Source: Minutocellus sp. GHC0000111 (lineage: Eukaryota). Taken from it: DNA of 64,000 nt. The notes beneath the pieces were generated by a model. It worked only from the letters and a program-made list of their open reading frames with translations, made no database searches and was not told where the DNA came from. The stretch is taken from positions 2,108,001-2,172,000 of the forward strand of contig OZ361260.1 in assembly GCA_977018835.1 (NCBI GenBank), in the 5' to 3' direction. The position numbers and the translations under genes are program-made. Shown here in pieces: positions 36,265-47,325 of the stretch; the stretch's first letter is position 1, and every line of letters begins with the position of its first letter.

Positions 36265-37374
36265 CTAAGTGCTTTTATCGTATTTCGGTTTCCGCGAAGC
36301 GAATCCAATCCAATCTGCGTCGGCTACTCGTTTCCATCCAAGTTTGATGTACAAGTTCTTGCTGGCTTCGTTCGAATCCACAATATAGGAAATCATTCGA
36401 TCTCTGTCCATATCAATACAATCGATATCCTCTTTGTATTGCTGAGATTTTGAGCGAATATCCGAGACAGCACCGTTTACAACAACACCGGCATAGCCTT
36501 TTCTCCGGTGGTTCTCGTCAGTAAATAGCATGCCAATGCTTCCGTCAAGGTACCGTAGCATCCACGAAACGAGCGTGCCATTGACGGCAATTCCAACGCA
36601 ACCTCCTTTAGCCTCTGACGTTGCAATCATTTTCTGTATCATTTCCAAAGACCCATCGCTCTTATATTCCCATTTCGAATTCACTAGCTCGGCATCGGTT
36701 TGCGTTAGGGGTCTAATCACAACTCCCTCTGAAAAAAGAGCAAGGCTTTGGTCCGCAAGTGTTGGTGGGTTTTGCCCCTGTTCCTTATTCTTATCGTCAG
36801 CTTCGTGTATCCACATGCCACACTGACTGGTAAAGGTACTGGAAAAATTGTGTTGAGAAAGCCTAGGATTGGCTTGGAGTGCATCACGAACATGTGGGAC
36901 GAGATATCGATCGAGAGAACCAAATGTCAGAGAAATCCTTTGCGATTTATTGTCAAGAGAAGAACCTATTAAGCTTTCCATCGCACAATTGAGTGTGCAG
37001 CAGACATCAGTTCGTATATAAACATCGGTAGTGCATGCAGCAGAGTCGACACCGTTGGACATGCAATGAAAGAGATTGATCCGTGCTTTCCGGATCTTCC
37101 TGGTATCGGTAGGTGCCGACGCATCGGGAATTATTTGAGCAACGCATCGTGGCTCGGCAGCATCCGACGCCAAGGGCGGCGACGCAACCCAGATTCCCTC
37201 CTCCCTGGCTTCTGACGATATTTTTCGCGATAGGACAATGTCCCAGAGAGATGATCGTGGGGCATGCGTTGCTGACCTCGATGATGCAATCGCTCGTCGA
37301 AGACGGGCTACGGGCACAGGTACTGCTGCTGCTGCTGCTGCTGCCGTGGCCGATGGATCAGACATGGTGGACAT
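36265..37374 (-). CDS. GNAT acetyltransferase (FR47 / glycine N-acyltransferase-like)
   Basis: DAELVNSKW, GSIGMLFTDENHRRKGYA (acetyl-CoA motif A), NEASKNLYIKLGW. Confidence 0.8.
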   Translation of the reverse strand: MSTMSDPSATAAAAAAAVPVPVARLRRAIASSRSATHAPRSSLWDIVLSRKISSEAREEGIWVASPPLASDAAEPRCVAQIIPDASAPTDTRKIRKARINLFHCMSNGVDSAACTTDVYIRTDVCCTLNCAMESLIGSSLDNKSQRISLTFGSLDRYLVPHVRDALQANPRLSQHNFSSTFTSQCGMWIHEADDKNKEQGQNPPTLADQSLALFSEGVVIRPLTQTDAELVNSKWEYKSDGSLEMIQKMIATSEAKGGCVGIAVNGTLVSWMLRYLDGSIGMLFTDENHRRKGYAGVVVNGAVSDIRSKSQQYKEDIDCIDMDRDRMISYIVDSNEASKNLYIKLGWKRVADADWIGFASRKPKYDKST

Positions 37375-37981
37375 TGTTTCAAAGTCAGATCTCCCGGCGA
37401 TGGCGAGAAGAATGAGGAGAATGCTCATTCGGCAAGAGAAATTTATTTAATTGCAAGCAAAATGCTCTAGCTAGGAATTCCTACAACGTACGGAAGAAGC
37501 AGCAGGTCGAGCAGAGCGAGCTGGTTCGAGAGCAGAGCGTCATGAGTCGAGTCGAGTCGTCGAGTCTAGAATAGCTACGTAGGCCTACCAGGCACGAGTC
37601 GTCGAGTCGAGTCGAGGAGTCGTCATGGCGAGGGTCGACCCAGCCAGTCGAGTAAGTCTCGAAACGAAGATCGAATGGGTTATTCAAAATATTGGGACAC
37701 GAATATTTTTTATCTTCCACGACGCCGGCACTGCTTCTCGGCCTTTTGCATCGCTCAAACATCGCCATGCAACCGAGTACAGCTGCATGTGGATCCGTCT
37801 TGGATCATCCTGCAGTCACATATTCATCGCGAAGAGACCACCACCACCACGTCTACCGGCTACTAGTAGCTTAGCTTACGTAGATCAGTAGGCCATCATA
37901 CCACTTTCCGAAACGTCTTGCTTGTGCTGTGCCATCATCACAACATAACTTTCTACAATTCTTCCAACAACAATAACAACC

Positions 37982-40900
37982 ATGAGCAAACGAAGCCGAG
38001 CCACCGCCTTCCTCTGCCTGGGGCTCTTTGCCTCCGCCGGTGCCAATCATAGCACCAACCAACTGGTCGCCGCAATGGTAGCCGCCGATCTCGTCATACC
38101 GGCCAACGGCCGCGCCCTCGTCGGGTGGGACGACAGCTAACAGGACGATCCCAACTACCTCTCCCCTCATTTCGCTGCATCGTGTGTCTTTCACAAGGTC
38201 GTGGACTGCAAGGGCTTTACTAAGGTCGGTTACACCGACGACGAGGTGTACGATCTCATCACGCACTGCCCAAGATCGTGCAACATTCCCTGCGGAACCT
38301 GGACCCGAAGTCCGACGCCAATCCCAACGAGCTCTCCGACGGTGACACATTCCGACGCCCCATCGTCGACACCCTCCTCGTATCCGACGAGCAGCCCGAG
38401 TTCGTCACCAACGGCCGAACCTTCGAGCTCTCCTTCCCAGAGCCCGACGACTCAACCGTCTCTGGCGCCATCCTTTGCACCTTCGCATATGCCCACATCG
38501 AGTCCCAGCGCATCGCCGACGAGCCAACCGAGCAATTCTCCATCGGCTGGACCTACGAGTCAGCCCAGCGACGTACCGACAGACAGGCCGAGCCAGGAGC
38601 CCTCGGCAACGCCCTCTTTTTCACCATCAGCAGCTCCAACAGTCCGACCGACGAGCAGTCCTAGCTCATCACCGTCTAGTACTCCTACATCCCGTCCCAA
38701 TACAAGTCCAACGGGGAGACCCAGCTCATCCCCTTCGGACGTTCCGACATTCGCTCCGTCGTCGCCACCGACAGTCACGGCCAGCGAATCTCCATCGGCA
38801 ATGCCAACAATCTCGCAGCAACCCTCGGCACTCCCAACAACTATGCCCAGTGTGAGCCCTTCGACCGCCCCGAGCCGCAGTCCAATCATCGTCCCGGTAT
38901 CGAGTCGAGTCTTTGAGATGAGCCTGTCGCCGGTTTCCTCCTATCTCGATACAGTTGCGTACGCCAAGTTCAACGAAGAGGTCAATGACATGATTATGGG
39001 GAATATCATTCTGCCTGATAATCTGGGAAGCCAAAGCAGATCCAAGATAGAAATGTCTACCATTCTCAGATATCAAAACTTGGCCAGCTACCGAGTCCTT
39101 CTCGGAGAGGAAGATGGTGCCGAGGGAGAGGGGAGCAGGAGGCTCAAATCGTTTGAGCTGATCATGTCCATCCAAAAGACGATTCACGTGCCCCTGCCTG
39201 TATTGGACGTTCCTCGCGCTGATGGTTTGGAGTACGATGCGTCGCTCGTTCCCGATTCTCAGGCCATCGATGATGCCATTGAGCATTTGTTTTTGGATCA
39301 ATTCCAGCAACTGGCCCTCAAGCTTCGTCTTCGGGTGAGCCGAAATCCAATGCTTAGCAAGGTCAACGAGATCGAATTCCATGGCTTCCAAACACTGGCA
39401 CCGACCGCGAGCCCATCGGAAAGGCCCTCGGAGCAACCAAGCACAGCGCCGACGGAAAGTCCCACCCCGCAACCTTCCTCCCAGCCAAGTTCGTCGCCTA
39501 CGGCCGCGCCTTCTCTGACTCCCTCCTCGTTCCCAACGTTTGGTCCCAGCTCGTATCCGACCCTCACTGATTCAGCTTTGCCCAGCGCCTTGCCGTCAGT
39601 AACGAGTTCGACACCACCAAGCGCAAGTCCAACGGCAACCGTATCTGAGGTTCCAACTGCTTCGCCAACCACAAACAAACCTTCATCGCGACCATCTGTA
39701 TCTCCCACTTCATCTCCGACTTTGGCTGCCTCATCTTCCCCGTCGAACAGTCCCAGTTCGTCGCCATCGGTCACTGCTTCCCAACAACCTACAGAGACAT
39801 CTTCTGATATGCCAAGCCACTCTCCGTCCGTGCCTCCAAAGGAGATCCTCGCCTTTGGTACTTCCTTTGATTTCCACTTTGATGGAGTCTCGTCGTATCT
39901 TGATCAAGCTTCATTCGATGCGTTCAATGAGGCCATGAATGATGTTGTTCTCAAGCAGTTGCAGACAAAGATGTATGTGCCAGCGGAGGTTGAGAGATTC
40001 GAGATCTCCTTCACTTTCTTCTATCAAATTCTTGGAGGCAAACAGATCCACAACTTGGTGGAAAGTCCGGTGAAGAGAGCTAGAAATCTACGAACAAAGA
40101 AGTCAAAGAGTACGAGCATCAGCATGGACAACGACATGATCGAAGCAGATAACCGCATTGGATCGGACGGCGTTGAAGAAGAGAGTCCTGGATATCTCAT
40201 AGTGCGGATGCAAATGGTGGCTCATTTCTACGTTGATTCATCAGTCGATGAGAGGTCCTTTGTACGTCCCGAGAAGAATATGCTCGATGATGCCCTATCG
40301 TCCGTACTTGATGGTGGTAGTATGCGACTTGTTGTGACAAGACTTCGTCAGACCGGGGCCAGTCAGTACAGACGATTGAAACAAATTTCTCTTGCGGGTT
40401 TCAACTTTCCCCCAACTGATGCACCGACCGAGTCTCCGACATCGGCAAGTCCAACGGTCACCCGTAGCTCACATCCATCGATGCACCCTACAACGGCAAG
40501 TCCATCAGCCACCCAAACCAACAGGCCGACGGACGCCGCTGAGGACACTGCTGCCTCGCCCGTCGCTTCTGTACCCAGCATGCAGCCTTCTCATTCGCCG
40601 GTCAAAGAAACATCTGCGCCATCGTCGAAGCCATCAATTGGAGACGCCGTTGCTCAGGATACTGCCGATACTCAGCTTGGAGGATGGGAAGATTCTTGCC
40701 AAGATGACCCCTCCTACGTTAGTACTATCATCCCCAACGCAGCTTGCGAAAACTTTCGAGAAGTAGACTGCTTTGCTTTCCTCTCGATTGGAGTTTCCTT
40801 GGAAACAGTATCTCAACTTGTCAATTCTTGTCCTCGGAGCTGCAACGTTAAATGTGGAAGATTCACGGTGTTTGGCGTTGCTACAGGTACCGAAAGTCAA

Positions 40901-42016
40901 GAACAATCCCTCAACGATCGTATTCCCACATCCAAGCCCAGTACACTTCGACCTACTTTTGATGAAACTACCGGTCTTGCTCCTACTTCCGAGCCAAGTG
41001 AACGCCCCAGCGGAGAACCCAGCACGCCACCTACGAGCATGCCCACAAGTTCACCGAGTGTTACTCCTACCGGTACCAGTAGCCCAACACAAAGTTCCAG
41101 CACTTCTCAACAACCTACCTCTATTGCGGTGGTTGTAGACAATGTCATGCCTAGTACCACCAAGCCCAGCGCCGAGCCAAGTGGAGAGCCCAGCGCCGAG
41201 CCTAGTGGAGAGCCCAGCGCCGAGCCTAGTGGAGAGCCCAGCGCCGAGCCTAGTGGAGAGCCCAGCGCCGAGCCTAGTGGAACACCGAGCTCCGCACCTA
41301 TTACCAGCATGCCAACGGTTGCTCCAAGTACCGTCCGTCCAACGAGCATGCCCTCTTTGCCTCCAACAACTGTCAGCCCAACATCAGCGCTGACACAAAC
41401 AGAAATTAACGCCGATGACATTGCTGGAGATGACATTGCTGGAGATAGCGTCGAAGGAGTAGATGAAACCGATGGAAAGGGAAAAGGAAAGAAGAGTAAT
41501 AAGAACTCTGCTCACAAAAAGTCAAAGAAGAGCTCTACGAAAGCGTCTGATTCTAAAGATGTTGGAAAGGGAGATTTCATCGTGGCCGGTGCCACCGCAG
41601 CGACGTCTGGATCGCAGATTGGTCCCAAGACAAACGAGAAGAAGGGAAATGGTGTTATGGTGGGATTTGTCATTCTTTTGGTTATCGGGCTTAGTATCAT
41701 TGGCGCAATGTATGCCAAGAAGCGCTGGATCGATGTTGATGATAATGATATGGATGACCGGAACACTTTCCAACTTGCTGGTGTTATTGAAACTCGTCAT
41801 AACGAAAGCAGATCTACCGTCAGTGATCTTTCGATGGTCAACGAGGAAGAATCATCCAACATCAAGTCCAAGCTTTCCAATTTGTTTACCTCAAGGTCCA
41901 AGGCAGAAAGCGAAATTATATTGCCTGAACCCTCTGGAGAAGGAGAGGAAGTCATGCTTGAAGACATCGTTGCGATTGGATCTATTTCGGTAGATTCCGC
42001 TGATGAAAATGTCTAA
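37982..42016 (+). pseudogene. Type I membrane mucin-like protein (two 6-Cys modules, two ~140-aa domains, Lys-rich segment, TM) with in-frame TAA at 38138-38140
   Basis: ATG 37982 and its signal peptide are in frame with the 1271-aa ORF. GWDDS*QDDPNY corresponds to the internal paralog [12 protein letters not shown]. Confidence 0.8.
41165..41281 (+). repeat. 24-bp coding tandem repeat x5 (PSAEPSGE)
   Basis: Unit cccagcgccgagcc(t/a)agtggagag is repeated. Confidence 0.95.
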
Positions 42017-42242
42017 AGTGAAGACTATGGACATGTAAATTATGTATTATTAATAGCACAAATAGATTTATCTTGAATTGATTATATTATATATACATAC
42101 CGGTAGTCAAATTAGTGCAATTATATGTAGACAAAATGATGCCCTATGTTAAAAAGAAACGTACACGTTTATCGAAATGCAGATCTATGTTTCTTTCCAT
42201 GGTCTCTCTAAATTCTTACCCCTGCTACATACGTACTAGTAG

Positions 42243-42683
42243 CTAGCGAGTAGACCGACCTAGACTTGTGTTCCTTGATCTTCCATTTCGAGCCTTTTCA
42301 TTCTTATCCCTGCCGCCCTCCTCTAGGGCCTGGTACTTCTGTGCATCATCGATATCAAATTCACTGGAAGATAGTATTCTTTTGGGCTTCTTTTCCTTCC
42401 TTTTAGGCTTTGGTGTTTGGCTACGGTTGTTCTTTCTTTTGTCGTTCTGTTTTCTTTTTCTCTTCCTCTCACCGCGCCTTCCGTGGGATCCTTGTTGCTG
42501 TTGTTGGCCCTTATTCGCCCCATTCTTGCGGTCCTTGAGACATCTACGAACATACATGAGAATGGCAACACTTACAACGATACCACCAAGAAGATGAATT
42601 GCATGATCCCAGAGCTTTTGCAGTATCAATTGGATTTTCATTTCTTCCCCAGTGTGAGAGAGATGTAGACGAAACACATGCAC
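42243..42683 (-). CDS. Small single-TM protein with a basic tail (start uncertain)
   Basis: TM LLGGIVVSVAILMYV followed by a K/R-rich region. Confidence 0.5.
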   Translation of the reverse strand: MHVFRLHLSHTGEEMKIQLILQKLWDHAIHLLGGIVVSVAILMYVRRCLKDRKNGANKGQQQQQGSHGRRGERKRKRKQNDKRKNNRSQTPKPKRKEKKPKRILSSSEFDIDDAQKYQALEEGGRDKNEKARNGRSRNTSLGRSTR

Positions 42684-43148
42684 CGGTACCGGTAGATCTA
42701 GCTGGTAGAAGAAGCAGTGAAAGATCAGTGAAGGGGAGGAATTTTTCTACATGTAGTAGATCTAGAGCCAGCCGCCGATGTACCGGTACCATAAAGCATT
42801 CCAGTCAGGATCAATCAATTGGCTGTTGCCTTGTTTTACTGGGAAGTACTACTGGGCTCCTACTAGCTAGAGCTAGTACATGTACGACTTCTTAGGCCTT
42901 AGGAGCGCGTAGTAGATCTCTGTCGGTTCAAATAACTTTTTTCGCAAACAAGAAAGTTCTTCTCTGAGCAGTCTCTGAGGGCAGATGACGATGACCACAG
43001 CTGGTAGTCGGACTGTTTCTGCTTCGTCATAATGATGCCACGGCGGTTTCCCGCGCCGACTGCGTACGAGCGGCCGTACCTAGGTACCGCCACTCTGCTA
43101 CGCTACTGGTACGCTATTTGCCGATAGCCGCCGCTCTCCCACAAGCCA

Positions 43149-44426
43149 ATGAGATCGGCAGTAATGCCTCAACGTGGTGGCCCAGATGATGGCCTGGAAC
43201 TTACCGAAGTGCATGACGGACACTTCGCCTCAACCGCTGGTCACTACAGGGATGATCCTTCAAGTGCCGATGCCTTCTCCAACGATGACGATGAGGAGGT
43301 GGGATTCAGCTACCGCCCGGCGGTGCAAAGGCAAAATCGACTCTTCTTTGGAATAAGTGTTGTTTTCTTGGCTCTGGCGGCGGTGGTTTACTTCACCGGC
43401 GGTGGAAAGGAGCAGGGAATCGTAACGGTCGAGAGCTCCGACAATGACGTGGCCGGAGAGAACGATGCGGGCAAGACGTCGGGCCAAATCAAGTGGAAGA
43501 ATGGCGAACGGGTCAAGGGAGGGAATCATCACCCGTGGGCACCCTGGAATAAGCATCGGAATGGTCCGCTCGGGGGTAAACCAAGCAAGGGTGGGCGACC
43601 GAATCCTAGCACGGACCAGCCTGCTGATGCACACCCGCCATCGCCAAACAACTTTTGGTGGGTCGAACCACGAGAGCACGAGAAGGTGACATTGGCGGAT
43701 GGAGTTCGGTATGAAATTTTGGAGGAGATGCAGCACGATAAAAAATCTTTTACACAGGGGCTCACCTACAACACCGATAATGGCATGCTCTATGAGTCCG
43801 TTGGCTTATACAAGAAAAGCAAAATCCGACAGCTGGATCCCACAACTGGAGAGGTTCTCAAATCGGTGGACATGGACCCCAAGTTCTTTGCAGAGGGTAT
43901 GGCGTACATAAATGGGGAAGACAAACTTGTGCAAATAACCTGGAAGGCCAAGACGGGATTTGTATACAATGCTACAACTTTGGAAACAATATCGTCATAC
44001 TCCTTCACAACAACCGTCGACGAAGGATGGGGAATAACTTATGATCCACGAGATCGGACTCTCGTTGTGAGCGATGGGTCGGAATATTTGCACTTTTGGG
44101 ATCCAGATAATCCTGGAATAGACAAGAAGGAGCGTGTCAAGGTGATTCGACAAAATCCCAAGGATGATGCGAAGGAGCTCAACGAACTTGAATTCGTCAA
44201 CGGGAGAATCATAGCAAATGTCTGGTATAAGGATATTCTCTTGGTAATTAACCCAGAAACAGGCGAATGCGAAGATGAGTACGAATTCAAGGACTTGTGG
44301 CCAAAGAGCGAAAGGAAACACGATGGCGCCGATGTTCTCAATGGTGTGTCGGTGTCGGGAGAAGACGGAGTGTTATATGTTACTGGAAAGCTCTGGAAAA
44401 AGATGTTTCGACTCAAGCTGAAATAG
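43149..44426 (+). CDS. Glutaminyl-peptide cyclotransferase (plant/bacterial beta-propeller type), type II membrane
   Basis: FTQGL, ESVGLY, FAEGM, EGWGI, SDGS, LNELE, ANVW, VLNGV, TGKLW, plus an N-terminal TM. Confidence 0.92.
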   Translation: MRSAVMPQRGGPDDGLELTEVHDGHFASTAGHYRDDPSSADAFSNDDDEEVGFSYRPAVQRQNRLFFGISVVFLALAAVVYFTGGGKEQGIVTVESSDNDVAGENDAGKTSGQIKWKNGERVKGGNHHPWAPWNKHRNGPLGGKPSKGGRPNPSTDQPADAHPPSPNNFWWVEPREHEKVTLADGVRYEILEEMQHDKKSFTQGLTYNTDNGMLYESVGLYKKSKIRQLDPTTGEVLKSVDMDPKFFAEGMAYINGEDKLVQITWKAKTGFVYNATTLETISSYSFTTTVDEGWGITYDPRDRTLVVSDGSEYLHFWDPDNPGIDKKERVKVIRQNPKDDAKELNELEFVNGRIIANVWYKDILLVINPETGECEDEYEFKDLWPKSERKHDGADVLNGVSVSGEDGVLYVTGKLWKKMFRLKLK

Positions 44427-44532
44427 TGAAAGTTTTGCGTAGTACAGTAGAAAGCAAAACACAGTTTTGCTGCCGATTCGAAGTACATATAAATATGGAC
44501 TAGCATAGTTGTTTTAAAAGAGGACTTTGCAT

Positions 44533-46874
44533 TCATTCATCAATTAGCCGGCCATCAATCATGCAATATGTCCTAACGTTTTTCCCCTTAGCCGTCTGCG
44601 ATGGCGATGTCTGTGAGTTGCCCGTTTGTTGGTTCTGATTTTGGTACGAGCTTTGCTGAGCGGATCGGCCTGCATTAGCGCTGATGCCCTGTGGAGGATA
44701 TCCACCTCCCGATCCCATTGCCTGTCGAGTACTGGGCGATGCTTGTACCTTTCGGTATTGACAATCACGGTCTTCCTTCCTCTTTTGCCGAACCATCGCA
44801 AAAAGAGTTGCGCCGAATCCAATAGCGATGAGTGCAGCTAAGATTGCCATGCTCAAGGGGACCGAAAGAGGTTGCACTGTAGATGATGATAGTATTGAAA
44901 ATGACAGAATGAGGACATACCTAGGTGCAATTCAAAATTATGGAGACCTCAGAATGCAGAATGAGCTACATTCCAAACAAGCATCGTATACTCACACTTC
45001 AAGCTCTGCTGTTTAGGAATGTAGGGGTGGTCATAAAAACCTTTATGAGCCAAACACATCGGCCCAGTGAATTCTTCGTTGCAGACACATTTGGAAGTGG
45101 AATGGCCGGAGGGGGTGCACTTTCCCCGTTCAGTCCCGCCACATTGGCTATCCTTGTGACAGAGTCCGCCACCATTTTGAAGTTGTTTCAATGGCTCTCT
45201 GTCTCCACTCTCCATAAAGTTCTTCTTATTCCCCTCAATAAAATGTGCAGTAGGACGATCTTCTGTCGAACAACCTGGCACATGCTTCGATTCGTTCTTC
45301 GCCTGCCAAACTCGAACATGTTCGATCTCGAAGTGTGCGGGAACATTGGAACAGAACCCCTGAGGGAAGCCACAGGAACAGTCTGGGTTGCCGCATTCGT
45401 AGCAATCGCAATCGCAGCCATCTGGACAGGGCAGAGGAAATCCCCACGTAGTAGCGACTGCTGTATTCATCAGAAGGTACATGGGCTCGCTCGGAATTTC
45501 GGTTCCCGTCAAGGATAGGCTCTCCCCCTGAATACCGAAAACAAATTGTTTGTCCAGATACCACCGAAGATATCCACCGGTCCCATTTCTTTCGGGCGGT
45601 TCCCACTCCACTCGATAGTCATGGAAATCGTCGAAATATGTTTGCCCAATATGGGTATTGGCCGATATCGCATCTGATTGGTATGTGTAGCTCTTGGGCT
45701 CATGGATCAGTGTCACCCCATAAAAGAATGGATTCAGACTGGAATTGACGTGTTTGCCGTATTCCAGCCCTTCGTACCAAGTGCCGGCCTTGGGCTGGTG
45801 TCCCAGCTGAGGGCGATTCTGTTTGATCCCCGGCGCGACCTGTAACGACGTCGAAAAATACGGCCGTTGAATCGGTGTATTTGGCAAGGGACCTGGCTCG
45901 CCCATCATTGCTTCCAAAAGATCAATCTCTGGCGAACCGCGTCCTCTTCCCGGCTCCATGCTGTAGTGAGCGACCCTATCGCACGCATTGATCTTTTGGC
46001 TATTCCGCGTATCTTCACTGCACTCGTTGTAGCTGAATGGCCAGACGTAATCCGACGACCCGACATATGTACCTCTCGCGAGGTTGCCAAGCATCCACAC
46101 TGTGAAATTTAGAAGAGATATTAATACATATGTGTTGGTCAGTGCTCCCTCAATCTGACGAAATATTACAAACAATGGTGCACTCCTTTCATCATTCTTT
46201 AGAGAATCAATACTCACAGGCAGGCCAAAGACCACCGACCGTCGGATCACCGGGAAGCTTGGCCGAGAATTCAACGATACCACCAGTTATGCAAAACTTA
46301 TTCCAACCCTGGACCATCCCAGATTGTATGTGCTTGGCATCGACGTAAAACTTCTTTGTCTTTTCGTTAAAGGCCTTGTATTTGTTGGTCTTGTGGATGG
46401 TGGTTATGTTCAGCACTCCATTCTCCGTCTTGACATTCTCGGGACTGTAGAAATGCAACGCCTCGTTGGTGTCTGCAAAGAAATGAGGCGAGTGAAGGGG
46501 AGAGGTGAGATGGAACATGGAACATGGAACATGCGCATGTACACGCAAGCATGAAAAGCAAGTGATTGAAACGAACAAAGGGGTTGCGAATAAGACTAGA
46601 AAATTCTACTTCGAGTGCATCACTCACAATCGTTCTTGTTCAGAGCAGTCCATCGGGGATCGTCCCCATCGGCCAGACTTCGTCCGGCCACCTCGAACTC
46701 GTCGGAGAACACCAGCTCGTATTCGCGATCGTCACCGTGCGTGTAGGCCTCGGTGGCGTGTGCCTCCTTGGGAGTATCGGGATCAACCCAACTCGCCCCG
46801 CATCTCCTCCCGCCGATGGCATATGTAAAGGCCGCCAGTCGCAGGCATTGCGATAATGAATCCTTGCCCATCAT
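44533..46874 (-). CDS. SKN1/KRE6-like GH16 beta-1,6-glucan transglycosylase, 4 exons (46874-46628, 46472-46218, 46099-44996, 44876-44533)
   Basis: WVDPDTP, LVFSDEF, GMVQGWNKFC, GLWPA|LWMLGNLAR, GRGSPEIDLLE (GH16 ExDxxE), C-terminal EGF-like segment and TM. All splice phases fit. Confidence 0.9.
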
Positions 46875-47284
46875 GGTCGAATGAAGGATTCAACACGTAC
46901 GAAGAATCGATTGATGGCTTATCTTCTTCAACAAGGCAAAAAGGGAAGGGCCCGATGGACGGACGGGAAGATATGTAGAAAACTTTGAACGATCCACCAG
47001 CGCAAACGTAAGACGACACCAATAACAATCTTGGACCAGTCTGGGGCTTGTCAGTCGGTTCTCCTTTGGTGAATTTGGTCTCTCGTATCTACTTGGAGGA
47101 GATGCCGAAGGAAGTCAAGTTGCAGCAGGTCGGTCAGCAGCGGTGGCTGGGCAGCGCAGAGAACACGGCTCTGCCTCATCGAAAGTCGCATGTGGAAGGG
47201 ATTTTGGAAAAAGGAGAAGGAAAAAGAGAAGGTGAAAAGGATGAGCGGGGAGTGAAATCAGCGAGCGGCGATCATGGCTCTATT

Positions 47285-47324
47285 TAGGCCTACGTAGCTA
47301 CGTAGCTAGCTCTAGAGCTACGTA
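47285..47324. repeat. Palindromic TA-punctuated tract (TACGTAGC)n / TAGC
   Basis: taggcctacgtagctacgtagctagctctagagctacgta read directly. Confidence 0.85.
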
Positions 47325-47325
47325 G

